From the NCBI GenBank assembly GCA_965235115.1, contig OZ249445.1, forward strand, positions 12,400,001-12,464,000: 64,000 nt of DNA, read 5' to 3'. Under the pieces are notes generated by a model that was not told the DNA's origin, ran no database searches, and saw only the letters and a list, made by a program, of their open reading frames with translations. Position 1 is the first letter of the stretch. Each line of letters opens with the position of its first letter. The stretch is from Laetmonice hystrix (taxonomy: Eukaryota). Positions 14,491-26,500 of this stretch are shown one piece after another. Position numbers and translations under genes: made by a program.

Positions 14491-14965
14491 CAGGCACAGA
14501 TCCGGGGGAGGGGGGGGGGGGGTGGGGTTCCAGACTGAGAGTCTGGAACCCCCCCTGCTCAGGACCATCTTAGGTTTTTGCAATGTTATCGGGGAAGGGC
14601 CCCTAGATACGCCTCTGGAAATTGAAAATGTGCGTAACCCATAAATGGGTTCCACAATTTTTTTTTAGGTAACCCATTCATTTTGCGTAACCCATTTACA
14701 AAACTGTTAGGCTATGTGAACTCAGTAAAAGACAGTATTACTTACATGGATATGGATTTCTTTAATATTCAATAAACATAATGTAGCGATATACCGTACT
14801 GAGAAGCATGCCGCAGGAGACATTAAAACTTAAGGTCATCAATTATTGTGTCTATTTCAACAGAACCGGTGAGTTTGCATGCTAGACTGTTGCCCCCTCC
14901 ATCGGTGGCTAGCATCTTTCGCCCCCCCCCCCCCCCCCCTTACAAAAATTCCTGGATCTGCACTG
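14491..14965. mobile_element. Non-autonomous DNA element of the CAG..GCGGATCC-terminus type with poly-G/poly-C subtermini
   Basis: Termini CAGGCACAGATCC / GGATCTGCACTG; G-run just inside the left end and C19 run inside the right end; 5-bp direct repeat ACAGA on both flanks. Confidence 0.6.
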
Positions 14966-15594
14966 ACAGAGCCAGAGGGCCACTTTTTTGTGCAGAGAAG
15001 TCGGCCTACTGCGGTATGCAGACACTCTGACAGCTTTTTTTTTACTTCTCAGTTTTCAGTTAAGGACAAGATCTTCCACTTTTTCAAAGACCTCCACTTT
15101 TATCCAAATTTAACACACCCCTTTGGAAATCCTAGCACCCTCAGCGCTTTCAGAAAATGTATAGTTTGCTGCACTTTTAATGATTTTAAATTTTCGTCCA
15201 ATATCACTACTCAAGGATCACATTCAAGTGAGTGGCATGACAAAAATGCAGCGGATTCGACGCATCACTACCAGTACCATCTTAAAACCTAGTTGTTTTT
15301 TTTTTAAAATAAGATCAGAATTCGATTCTGCATAGTCTCTTCTGTCATTATCTGAAATTCTATGAGTTCTGACAAATATTTCCTCAGAAACAAGTAATTT
15401 GCTGCACAACGATTTCCCAGCTTGACAGATGTGGCCGCCGAACGGCGGACAGTCGTCCAACATCGCTACTAATTACAGGCCTTGTCAGGAGAAGAGCGCT
15501 ATCGCTCTCGCGCTCCTGATTTAGGATTGGGCAGAGTGATAATCGTGATTAGATCTAACTTATTCTAAGTCAAAGTAATCGGTAATACTAGCGA

Positions 15595-15775
15595 GCGCAG
15601 TGACTCACGAAGCGAGCTCTATGACAACACGTGTGAAAGGGTAGCCAAGGTGACACATACCGTCTCACAAAAAAATTTCGTCACGTATAACCGGAAACAG
15701 AAAAACCATGGAGCAAATCCATGGAGGGTCATGTGACCCTTGCAGAGCGTGTGTGATTTGTGACGTCACAGACAC
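15595..15775. promoter_or_regulatory. Candidate promoter/enhancer upstream of the ARRDC gene
   Basis: CpG-rich patch with TGACTCA (15601, AP-1), CACGTG (15628, E-box) and TGACGTCA (15761, CRE). The ARRDC ATG exon is preceded by a splice acceptor, which implies an upstream non-coding exon. Confidence 0.35.
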
Positions 15776-15852
15776 TGTGAACAAACAGTCGCATGAGTGT
15801 TTGTTCACTGTGACGCCAAAATATCCCGACGTCCGTGCTGCTAAGTGACCTG

Positions 15853-15989
15853 GGGCCCGTTTCACTAAACACTCATATTTTACGAGCTCGTATTTTCTAG
15901 AGATCACAAAAGCAAAATGTACAAGTTTTTGCTTCTTTACGAGCTATAAGGCCATATACGAGCTCGTACAGTCTTAGTGAAACGACCCC
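15853..15989. mobile_element. MITE with GGG...GTTTCACTAA TIRs (PHIS/Harbinger-like)
   Basis: TIR GGGCCCGTTTCACTAA / TTAGTGAAACGACCCC; flanks CTG and CAG (CWG). Confidence 0.65.
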
Positions 15990-16074
15990 CAGTCCTGGCA
16001 TTGTACTAGGCCTCCCGTCGCTGCGCTAGCCCTCTAGTCTAGGTAGCACATACATGTACATCATCTTAGCCCTG

Positions 16075-16250
16075 GGCCCGGTTTTTAGTTCGTCATTTTA
16101 CCAATCTTAAGACTGGAATTTTAAGACTGACATGTGTTATGGTCTCTCATTGGCTGACTTCATTTGAAGGACCAATCAGAAGCTCTGAAACAAGAGTTCA
16201 GTCTTAAGATTTGAAACTTAAGACTCGGTTTGCAAACTAAAAACCATGGC
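16075..16250. mobile_element. MITE with CTG target-site duplication
   Basis: TIR GGCCCGGTTTTTAGTT / AACTAAAAACCATGGC; CTG on both flanks (16072-74, 16251-53); internal CTTAAGAC sub-repeats. Confidence 0.65.
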
Positions 16251-19200
16251 CTGGCCTTGTCTATGTATTACAACCATGCCATCCATAGCATCATCAGGCA
16301 TGGCACTAAAAGTAAAAATCTAAATTAAATTATTAATCCATGTCACCATGAATGATCCTGTCAAAGTGTCATGACATCTGATGATCACTTGGAAAAAATT
16401 GCTTATTCATTCGCCTCTTTCAATGATTCATTAAAAAATCTCTCCCAAAATAAGCATGTACAAACCCCGTGTGTAATCATATGACCCGGGCCATCCACCG
16501 AGTTTGACGGGCACAGGTTTGTTGAGGCCAATTAACCGGGCGATAATAGGTGCTTGACACGTCCGTCTGCGATCAGGGAATTCTCATTGTAGAGTCTAGA
16601 CACACTGCCTAGCACTGCCAGAAACAATCAGACTGCACATCGACTAACTGAGACCCATACAACAAAAGGTAAAGTGGTATTACACAGCCACTTCAACAAC
16701 ACTAGGCCATAAATCACCCACCCACTTTCGACCCCGCCTAACTGGAGTGGATGATCGAGACTACCGCGTTCCAGCATGCTAAATAGATTTTTTTCCCGCC
16801 AGGTGGCTCCGTGTTAACATTAAAGGACGTGGTGCCCCCTTATGAGCACATCTGGAACTATATATCCATTTCTGGCCTCCTAAAAGGTGGGATACCCGGC
16901 AAATGATCTAAAATTTGGCAAACTGGACTAGATCAAACATTAACAAGCACTGATCAATGTAAAATATTCTTTTTAACAATTTATACGACATGGCCAACAG
17001 GCATGACAAGCGCAACACTCTTAAAAAAATGCTGGTATCAATATCCTCGTTTTTCTATTTTCTTGTAAGACATTCAGTCTTCAGCTTTATTTCAATCTCA
17101 GTTTTGACATAGATACACACATTCAGGAAGGCATTGTGACATACCACTTTTTCAGGTTCTTCGTTGAAACACACACAAAGTTGACATATAAATCTAAAGG
17201 AACTGTTGCGACCTGGCAAGCTCAAAGTCCCTTTTGAATGTTGTAGGCGCCTAATATAATGATTCAGATGGAAAAAAAAGACATGTATACAACCAGAAAG
17301 ATAATAATTATTTTGCGTCTGGCTCCTTTGATAAACTCGCAGCTATGCATGCCGTACACCTACATTTTTAAATTTCATCATTTCCCCAAAATAATTTCGG
17401 AACCAATAATGGCAATACTGAAAAAAATAGGAAAATTCCCATCTTTGATGTTGGCCTGTCATGTTATGTTCACAATTTTCCACTGAAATCCAACAAATTT
17501 TCGTCCATCAGATCACATTTGATATCCCAGAAACAAAACAAAACCATTATCATTTCATTATTGTTTAAAATGCATATCACACTTTCTCTTAAGCATGATT
17601 TCGTGTGCTCACCTGTTAGACTATTTATTTATCAACACAATGGAAGGCGTACCTACAAGACATGCAGGGACAGAGGGACACACACACACTGACACCTACA
17701 AATCTAACAACGGGGACAGCAACATGGAACTCAACCTTAAAAATACATTCTGCCGACAAGTCCACCACAAATAGATTATGAACTCATCCTCAACAACTAA
17801 TAAGATATGTCTTTAACAATATTGTGTCGGAAAAGTCATTGGAAAATCTTAAGTCAAAACTGTGAAAAAAATACAGATTACATATAGATGTACTTAATGA
17901 TCCAATACATTGCGACAATGATTCCAACTGGACAGATTTTAATCAGATCGTCTTGACACAGATATCATTAATATTTTTATCTATAAATGTCGAGATTCAT
18001 GTTAAATGGCACGTAGTTTGATAAATCTACGATAATTTTGTATGATATGAATGTAAAATGCGTTAACAAGGAAATAACGCAACTGGACGTTTGTCATGTT
18101 AGAAGCTCTACCTTCAACTCAGAAGCAAATGCCTCAGCTTAAGCTGAAAAGTTGCGTCAAATATAAGATTTTACAGGGTAACTTGAATGAAGAAACAAAA
18201 TAAAGCTGCCCTAGTGATAGATGGATTTCACATCTCGATACATTAGGCTTCCAAAGAATGGAATCCAAGTCCTACATTTTGGTACCTCTTTCTGGACCAA
18301 GATTACCGACCGACCATTACCCCAAACATTCTGCTAGGCTCACATTAAAAAGGTGTACCCCAAAATAAAATAAAAATTAAAAAAAACAAAAACACTACAG
18401 ATGCAAAATATTGTTATGGCCTTTTAAAGACAGCTCATTGTATGATGTGTGCCTCATCTGTAACCTGTTGTCATTCAACCATTGCACTGTTCACATCTGT
18501 TAATTTTAACTTGGTGGTTCAAACACAATCAGATGCCCTACCTAGGCACTAAGGGCATTAAAGGTCATAACTGAACCAAGAATTTCACTCAACATATTTA
18601 ATTTTACTGCAACTTGCAGTTGAAAGAAACCACAAACTGTCTCTGCTCTACATCTATCTAATACAATGTACGTATGTGCTAAAATGATTGAAATTAGTTT
18701 CACCTTCAGTAGTCCCTTCAGTCATCACTACTTTATTACAGTTGACATGGCTTACAGGTACAAACTATTTTTCTAAATCTTAATATCTACATATGACTTT
18801 GATTACCGCAAAATTATGTCAAGATCCAGCACCATACTGTCTCACTGTATTAGTCTTACATCGTTACGCGTTAGAACCACGTGATTCAACACGCTCACGA
18901 CATCTTGACTACAAGAGATGTTAACGATTGCATGACAGATGAAAACCCAAAGACACTAATACAAAAACAGTTTTACCGATCCTCTCTCCACTTAATTTCC
19001 ATATATCACATACATTGAAAACTGATGTCATGAGACCTAAGTCCGTTTAGACCCAAGAGAGTCACTAGTCTCCTTGACGTGGGTAACACAGAATGCTATT
19101 TTAAACCATCTAATGTAAGTTCATATCTTAAAGCTTTTTATGAATGTATGTAATATTATATTTCGTTCTGAACACATTTCAACCAGGCATCTTGTTTACA

Positions 19201-20255
19201 AAAAGGTAATTGAGAAAAAAAGGCTGTCATTTCAATATTCTGAGTACAGGCAAAGCCCCCTACTGTCAGTAGATGGCTTTGGTACAGGTAGAAAATATGT
19301 TTCCTTTCAGTTGCTAGATTTCAGGCAAACAATTCCCATCCTTTCTCTGTCGTCATCTACCACCAGTATTTACCATTGTCCTTTCCAGCAACTATGGTAC
19401 AAATTATTGTGTTGTCAATTCTTCTATGAGGAGCCAGTCTGAAAAAGTTCATCAGGTTTGATAACACTGTATCTACCGGGTGTTAATTAAACAAATGCAT
19501 CAATGTATTTCAACTCCCTTATAGGCATTTAAAGGCAATTACACCCCATTCATATACATTTGTAATATATTTCCCAATGTCAATCTCCTTGGCATATTTG
19601 AGATCAGCTCTAGACTTTCGGAATTTATATAGTAATTAAGTGTAGACTCGATGCCCTTTGTGCATAAGAAGGATGTGTGTAAATGTAATCTAGTTATTCC
19701 AGTACGAGTTTCGTTTCAAAACATTTCGATATTATGCCTGATTTAACCCCATTTTTGGGAGGACTAAGATAAGAAAATATATCCCCACGATTATCCAGGC
19801 ATCTAAGTCCATCCACACAAATCTATAACATCCAGCACGATTTTGAAATCCTCTTCACTATATCGTAGCGATATATTGCTAAGACACTATTCATTGCATT
19901 GACAGTGCACGTAATTGCAGTAACAGGCCAAACATTAGATCCAGGCAGACATATGAAAGAATTTTCAAAAGATGGCATATGACACGAAACAGGCCTACTC
20001 GTTTCACACAATATGCTACTGCCTTCAACCAGTTAATATGACTATAGCAAGTCTAGCAACCGAGATACAAAGATTTCTACTTCTGCGTTATAAGTCTCAT
20101 GAAACACACCCAGACTTTACACAAAATCACACAAAGTGTGCGACTTCAAGGATTTCAAATGAGACGATTCAGTTTCCATAAAGCCTGAAGACCCCCAATC
20201 AATATCAACTTGTTACTTGAAGGATTTCTCGGCCTCTTTTTGAATCAAGTTTTAT

Positions 20256-21414
20256 CTGTATTTTTCTTTTGAAATGCACGGGCATCAGGGGTAACCCAAT
20301 TACTTTGACAATGTCCCTAAAGAGAAAAGTTGTATAGTCCTCTACAGGAATCGAACCCAGACCCTAAGATTACTGCACCCATTCGCATAGCATAAGGTGT
20401 CGACATCCATGCCCGCTAGGCCACCGCCACTCCCCTAAAAAAGGAGCTTTGGTGGTCGAGCAGGACAATGGACCCTCCCCCCTACACACATCTTTTTTAA
20501 ATGAGACGGAATCCATATTTTCCTAGTTAGAGCTACACATGATTTCTACCGAACATTGACTGTTAAGGTAATCCTGGCACTGGCGTAGACTGTATTTTTC
20601 TTTTGAAATGCACGGGCATCAGGGGTAACCCAATTACTTTGACAATGTCCCTAAAGAGAAAAGTTGTATAGTCCTCTACAGGAATCGAACCCAGACCCTA
20701 AGATTACTGCACCCATTCGCATAGCATAAGGTGTCGACATCCATGCCCGCTAGGCCACCGCCACTCCCCTAAAAAAGGAGCTTTGGTGGTCGAGCAGGAC
20801 AATGGACCCTCCCCCCTACACACATCTTTTTTAAATGAGACGGAATCCATATTTTCCTAGTTAGAGCTACACATGATTTCTACCGAACATTGACTGTTAA
20901 GGTAATCCTGGCACTGGCGTAGACTGTATTTTTCTTTTGAAATGCACGGGCATCAGGGGTAACCCAATTACTTTGACAATGTCCCTAAAGAGAAAAGTTG
21001 TATAGTCCTCTACAGGAATCGAACCCAGACCCTAAGATTACTGCACCCATTCGCATAGCATAAGGTGTCGACATCCATGCCCGCTAGGCCACCGCCACTC
21101 CCCTAAAAAAGGAGCTTTGGTGGTCGAGCAGGACAATGGACCCTCCCCCCTACACACATCTTTTTTAAATGAGACGGAATCCATATTTTCCTAGTTAGAG
21201 CTACACATGATTTCTACCGAACATTGACTGTTAAGGTAATCCTGGCACTGGCGTAGACTGTATTTTTCTTTTGAAATGCACGGGCATCAGGGGTAACCCA
21301 ATTACTTTGACAATGTCCCTAAAGAGAAAAGTTGTATAGTCCTCTACAGGAATCGAACCCAGACCCTAAGATTACTGCACCCATTCGCATAGCATAAGGT
21401 GTCGACATCCATGC
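20256..21414 (-). repeat. Tandem array of ~3.5 identical 334-bp units, each with a tRNA-derived (SINE-like) Pol III promoter
   Basis: Units start at 20256, 20590, 20924 and 21258 (last truncated at 21414); no differences seen by eye. Minus-strand A box TGGCCTAGCGG (20423-20413) and B box GGTTCGATTCC (20357-20347) with a 55-nt spacer; acceptor stem cannot pair, so not a tRNA. Confidence 0.9.
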
Positions 21415-23537
21415 ATGTATTTGACACACTCTTGCGGGCAGAATAGACAAAAGGAAGAAGACAAAAATGTTACTATGACATGAGTTTTTACGAAGGATAA
21501 GATTATGAAGGATACTTTCTATAAGAAAAGTCCACCATCTTTGGTATTAATTCTGAGCAGTTCGTTCAGCAATTCCTTCAATCTCAAAGAGAGGAGGTCT
21601 TCTCAGACATCAACCTTGAAACCCTTTACTCTGTTTCTAAAAGCTGTTGTAAACTGTAATCTTAGGATACCGAATGCAGCTCTGTTCTTCTGTACACTGC
21701 AAGTCAACACTCAGACAGCATTCTGATCCAAGGTGATACTACACCTAGCCCCCTACCCCAGTGACACAAGCAGCAGTGTAAGAATACTGCTGGTTTAACA
21801 TAAGTCATTACTCTAGTATATCTCACACCTCACCTTGTTCCAGTCAGTGCATTGAGCATTGAAGAAAGAACTGGGGAACAACGACCAACTGCCCTAAATC
21901 TCTTTCTCTAACCACTATGGTTTTCACGCTTGGCCAGGAACTGACCTAATTCTAATGGGTGTCAAGTATCCTACTGTAATATAATGGAGACAGATTACAA
22001 CTTGGTACAGCCACAAACAAACTCAATCACTCCAATTTCTCTATTAGGATGTTGTTTTTGCACTTGCAATATGACTCAGTCATGTTGTCATGACATTTTT
22101 CCTTCAAAAACTCAATACACTCCCAAGTTAACATGGGCTCGATCTGACGGCAATAAACATATTTCATTCAAGTTACATTTTTAAAACCTAAGATTCAACA
22201 GACCAACATCCTTAACATGAGATAGGCATACCTGTAATTAAGCACCCTTACATTAAAGTGAGATTTCTATGATCAGTCATATTAAGTCCCTTCTAAATCA
22301 AAACCGTTTTTTGTCAAGTTCCATCTGGCAGAACACACATAGAACCAATGAAACAGGAAAGGGGGAAAACCTGATCATTTTTGCCCTTATAACAGAGATT
22401 GGACCTTTAAAAAAATCTATCAGCCTACCTGGGAACTCTGAGCAAGCTTTACATTTTGGACCAACGACATAATGTTGATACATATCTCTCTACCATAAGA
22501 TACCAGTCTGCTGAAGGACACAAACAGATGAGTATTGTTTTTATGTAAAGTTTCATAAGTGATAATTTTAGCGTACTGGTACACCAGTTTCACTGATACC
22601 TGTATAAAGAGATGTATACCCTGCTGATTTTCTTCATTTTCAAATTCTAAATTTTGAGTTCAACAAACAATTTAGAACTTCTCACCTTAATCAAAACCAC
22701 TGTAGGAGACAATTGCTAGCCCACAATTTCCCACTGACATGAATCAATCCAGTTCACCTTGATCTGGATCAGAATTGGGTCAAAACAATCAAAACAATCT
22801 GATCAATTTGAGATTACCGGTACAACCTAGGTACCAATGAACCTTGAATTGAATCCAGATGAAAAGTGTTTGGTGTAAATATCTTCAGGTCTAATTACTC
22901 ATCGAATGCTATAAAAATAGTCACCTCGACCCTCAAACTTGTGCATAAGTAACTCTAGTTTCAAAGTTTAAAATTAAAAACCCAACTGTTTTTGGCAAAC
23001 AATTCCTTCTACCTCCAACATGAAAGAAAACCTGCACGGTACAGTCTTGCCCAGTATGCAAATATTGCCAGCTTACCCATACTACTCAAAACTACCGGGT
23101 ACTTCAACTGAAAAGTGACTTTACCTCCTCACTGCAGAGTTCACTAATTTAGTTAAACCTGCCTTTATTGTTAACCATATACATGACATATGTTTCATCC
23201 TGATGAGAAAATCAAGATTTCATAGCCAATACTGCTAGCAAAGAACAGTTTGTAGCATCAATGCAGCTGGAGGTGATCACTTATAAAACAGATAACTAAA
23301 TACAGGGTCAACAGTATTGTGCTTTATAAACCCAAATTTGGGAACCAGTATCATTGAATTACCTCTAAATATATCAACATCATACAATATTTGGAAGCAC
23401 CACTTGAAAAATGTGCTTTAGTTGGAAGGTTATCGACCAGATCAGTCTGAGCTAAGTTCTAGTCTTTGAAACCACTGCACCCACATGCACATGCATCCTG
23501 TATATAGTTCTCCACACATACGTTTTCATATTCCATT

Positions 23538-26500
23538 TCATTCCTTCTTGTCTTTCCGTTTAATAACTTGTGGGACTCTTTTAATAACACCTGTAGTTGT
23601 TGTGACGACAGCCGATGTTGTTGCCACACCTGTGTTGGCTACCCACTTGATTCCTCCAACTCCCATGCCTACTGCACTTGATGCAGTTCCATATATTCCA
23701 CTAGCTGCTCGCCACATCAAACCAGGCTGGGCTTGGGGATCTGCAAAGTGAAAAGTAGGAGTACAACCTTTGATATCTTCTGACAACCTGTGCAAAAAGA
23801 CAATAAGACATGTAAGTTATAACAGGCCTCGAATTACACGACGGCATCGACAGCATTTGCCATCGTGCCTTTTCCTTGCATCGTAAATTTGCTGCCGTGC
23901 CCAGGAAAAATCTGACGTTGATTTTTATGTATCGACAGCAGTTTTTGCCGTGCCCCTTTTGAATTCTAATTCGAGGCCTGTTATAACCATATTACCAGGT
24001 ATTCCTCTATTATCCTGATCTGATGACTAAATTCATGATCTGAAGACTTTCTGCATTGCCTCTTGAAAGGACAGGTACATCTTTTATGTACATGAAAAAC
24101 CTAGGCCTTGCCTACCATAAACCTCATCAGTCTTCTTATTTGAGGGCAACTCTGGCACAGCATTCTCCTTTGACTCATCTCCACTAACTTTGGCTGCTTC
24201 ACTGTTGACTGTGTTTGAATTGGGACTGGCTTTCTCCTTTGTATTACCATTCTGCAGACTTTCTCCAGTGACCTCCTTCAAGTTTTCTTTCTGGAAAAGT
24301 ATAAAGCCCACAACCGCTTTAAAAATACTCAACCATTTGTCATGCACATTATAAGACTTTTTTCACATTGTTTTCAATTTTCATAGAACCCAATATGTTC
24401 CCTGATACTGGAAGTGGAAGATAAGTACTGCTGCGATTTTGCACCAAATGCCAAATGGTTCCGATGATGGTCATTGCCTCCGCAAGGAACGAAAGCACAA
24501 GACTTGCATTGCATATTGTATTCAAATATCATCGTCCTTTTGGGCACGTTTCTCCCATTTTTTTGGAGCAATTTTGTTTTCACTTATGCTATGGGGGTAT
24601 CTAGGGCTGAGAGCATCAATCAATCAATTAATTTTGATGTATGGCTAAAGGCTTTCGCCTGAGAACATAAGCGGGGGGGGGGGGGGGATTATAACAAGTT
24701 AAAGATGACGCTAATACTTTTAATGTTACTTCATCTCACATGGTAGGCCTATGGCTATGCCATGGAGCAGTTCATTGACATTGATTTTCAAAAAACAAAA
24801 TATACGACTCCTAACAGTAACAGTGCACTTGGTCATATTGGTGTTGAAACGAAATACATTAAATACATTAAATGTCTTGGTTGCTGTAAATGAATATCTG
24901 AATGCTGTGCGGTGTGCCTGAAGTTTTAGACCTCTAATATCGGTATCGGGACACTTCGTACCCAAGCCAGGTCGTACCCATGCCACTTCGTACCCAAACC
25001 AAGTCGTACCCGTGCCCATTCGTACCCATGCCATAGCCAGTAATACCTGAATTTGGTGTCTCGTGGGATAAAGACTTAGGGAAATGTGTAATCCTACATA
25101 ATTTTTGTAATGTAAGATAGGGGCCTATAATATGGTATGTTTTGCTAGTCATAGACTTACATAGACATAGACACCCGTGACTGCCGAGTGTTGTGTCATG
25201 GCTCACCAAGTGCTGACACCATCAGTGCTGCCCGCCCGACTGGCAGGGTAGGACGGCAACGGCAAGCCGGGCCACGGTACCCGGGCCACCTGTGAACACC
25301 TGGGGCCGGTTTTTCAATGACAGGGCTGAGCCAATCAGTGTCTCGTCTCGATGGGCCTTAGCGGCAGCGGGGCCTGGGGGGGGGGGGGGCGGGCCAGGAA
25401 ACGGGGGACTGGGCTGAGTGAGGCGGGCCTGTGAACGTTAGGAGCCCGGTAGGGGCCTGCGCGAACCCGCCTACACAGCACCGTCCCCGGCCGGTAGTCA
25501 GAGGCTCGCTACCCGGCCGCCTGGCTGCGGGGCCGTGGAGGTCGGGAGCCCGGTCGGGACAGGAGCTCCCGGCCGGCCCGGTTGCCACAGCACAGCCGGT
25601 AGTTAGCGTCTCGCTCCCGGCCGGCCGGCCGGTCGGACTTGATTGGTTCACAAAACTACCGTACTTGTTTACTGGGCTGGATAGTAGGCCTATCTGAGTA
25701 TCTCTCCTCTCCACCTCTTTTCTATTCTCTCACCTCCATCCCTGACGACTCAATTATTGTAATAGGCCCACTTATACCACTTACGACCTGGCTCAGGGGA
25801 ACACTGTAGAGTACACTGTGGCTCTGCGGTGCGGTCATTCTTTGTTTCTCCTATACCCCGAAAGGGGCCCATTCATGAAAAACAAAACTTTCCAAACTTT
25901 CCAAGCAACAGACCAGTCAACCAGTTAACGAAATATTCCAGGTGGGAGGAAACCTAGTCTGCATGCATGGGGGGGGGGAAGGGGGGGGGGAACGCCCACT
26001 GGGAATAGGCCTATAGTGCGTAGTTTATGCCCATTGAAATTCGTTATAGGCCGTATAGCCTTCCTGAAGATGGCTACGCGTGGTTCTTGTATACTGAAGG
26101 CAATGTTAATTTATCTGGTTGAGGTCAAACATGTCCTAAAGAAGTCTGCTTTGTAAAAAAAGATAGGGAGTGACGTGGTAAGATTTTCAACCCCACCTCC
26201 ACCCCCGCCCGCTGGACTGGGTAGGCAGGCTGCAGCCAGCCGGCTGACCCGTTACCCGGTAGCGACTACATGTGTAACGGGGGTCTAACGGGAGACATCT
26301 ATTGTTCTGGTAGCTTACTCGTGTCAATCACCCTCATTTAACACCGTAACATCGTGCTCACGTGCGGCCGACCGCGACAAGTGTTATTTTTGCTCCAGAC
26401 GGACTCCTGGGGCCGGTTTTTCAATGAAGTTGAGCCAGCTTAGCCAGACGACTTAGGCCCATGAGCGTTTTTCAATGGTCATTTTGAGAGCTGAGTAGGC

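Noticed and set aside
15595-15640. Carbohydrate response element (MondoA/Mlx ChoRE) upstream of ARRDC
   Set aside because: Only one CACGTG; no second E-box at 5-bp spacing.
20330-20430. Possible tRNA gene in the 334-bp repeat
   Set aside because: A and B boxes are present, but the acceptor stem (GTGGCGG vs AGAGGAC) and T stem do not pair; treated as SINE-like.
20256-21414. CRISPR-like array
   Set aside because: Whole units are identical with no unique spacers, there are no cas genes, and the context is eukaryotic.
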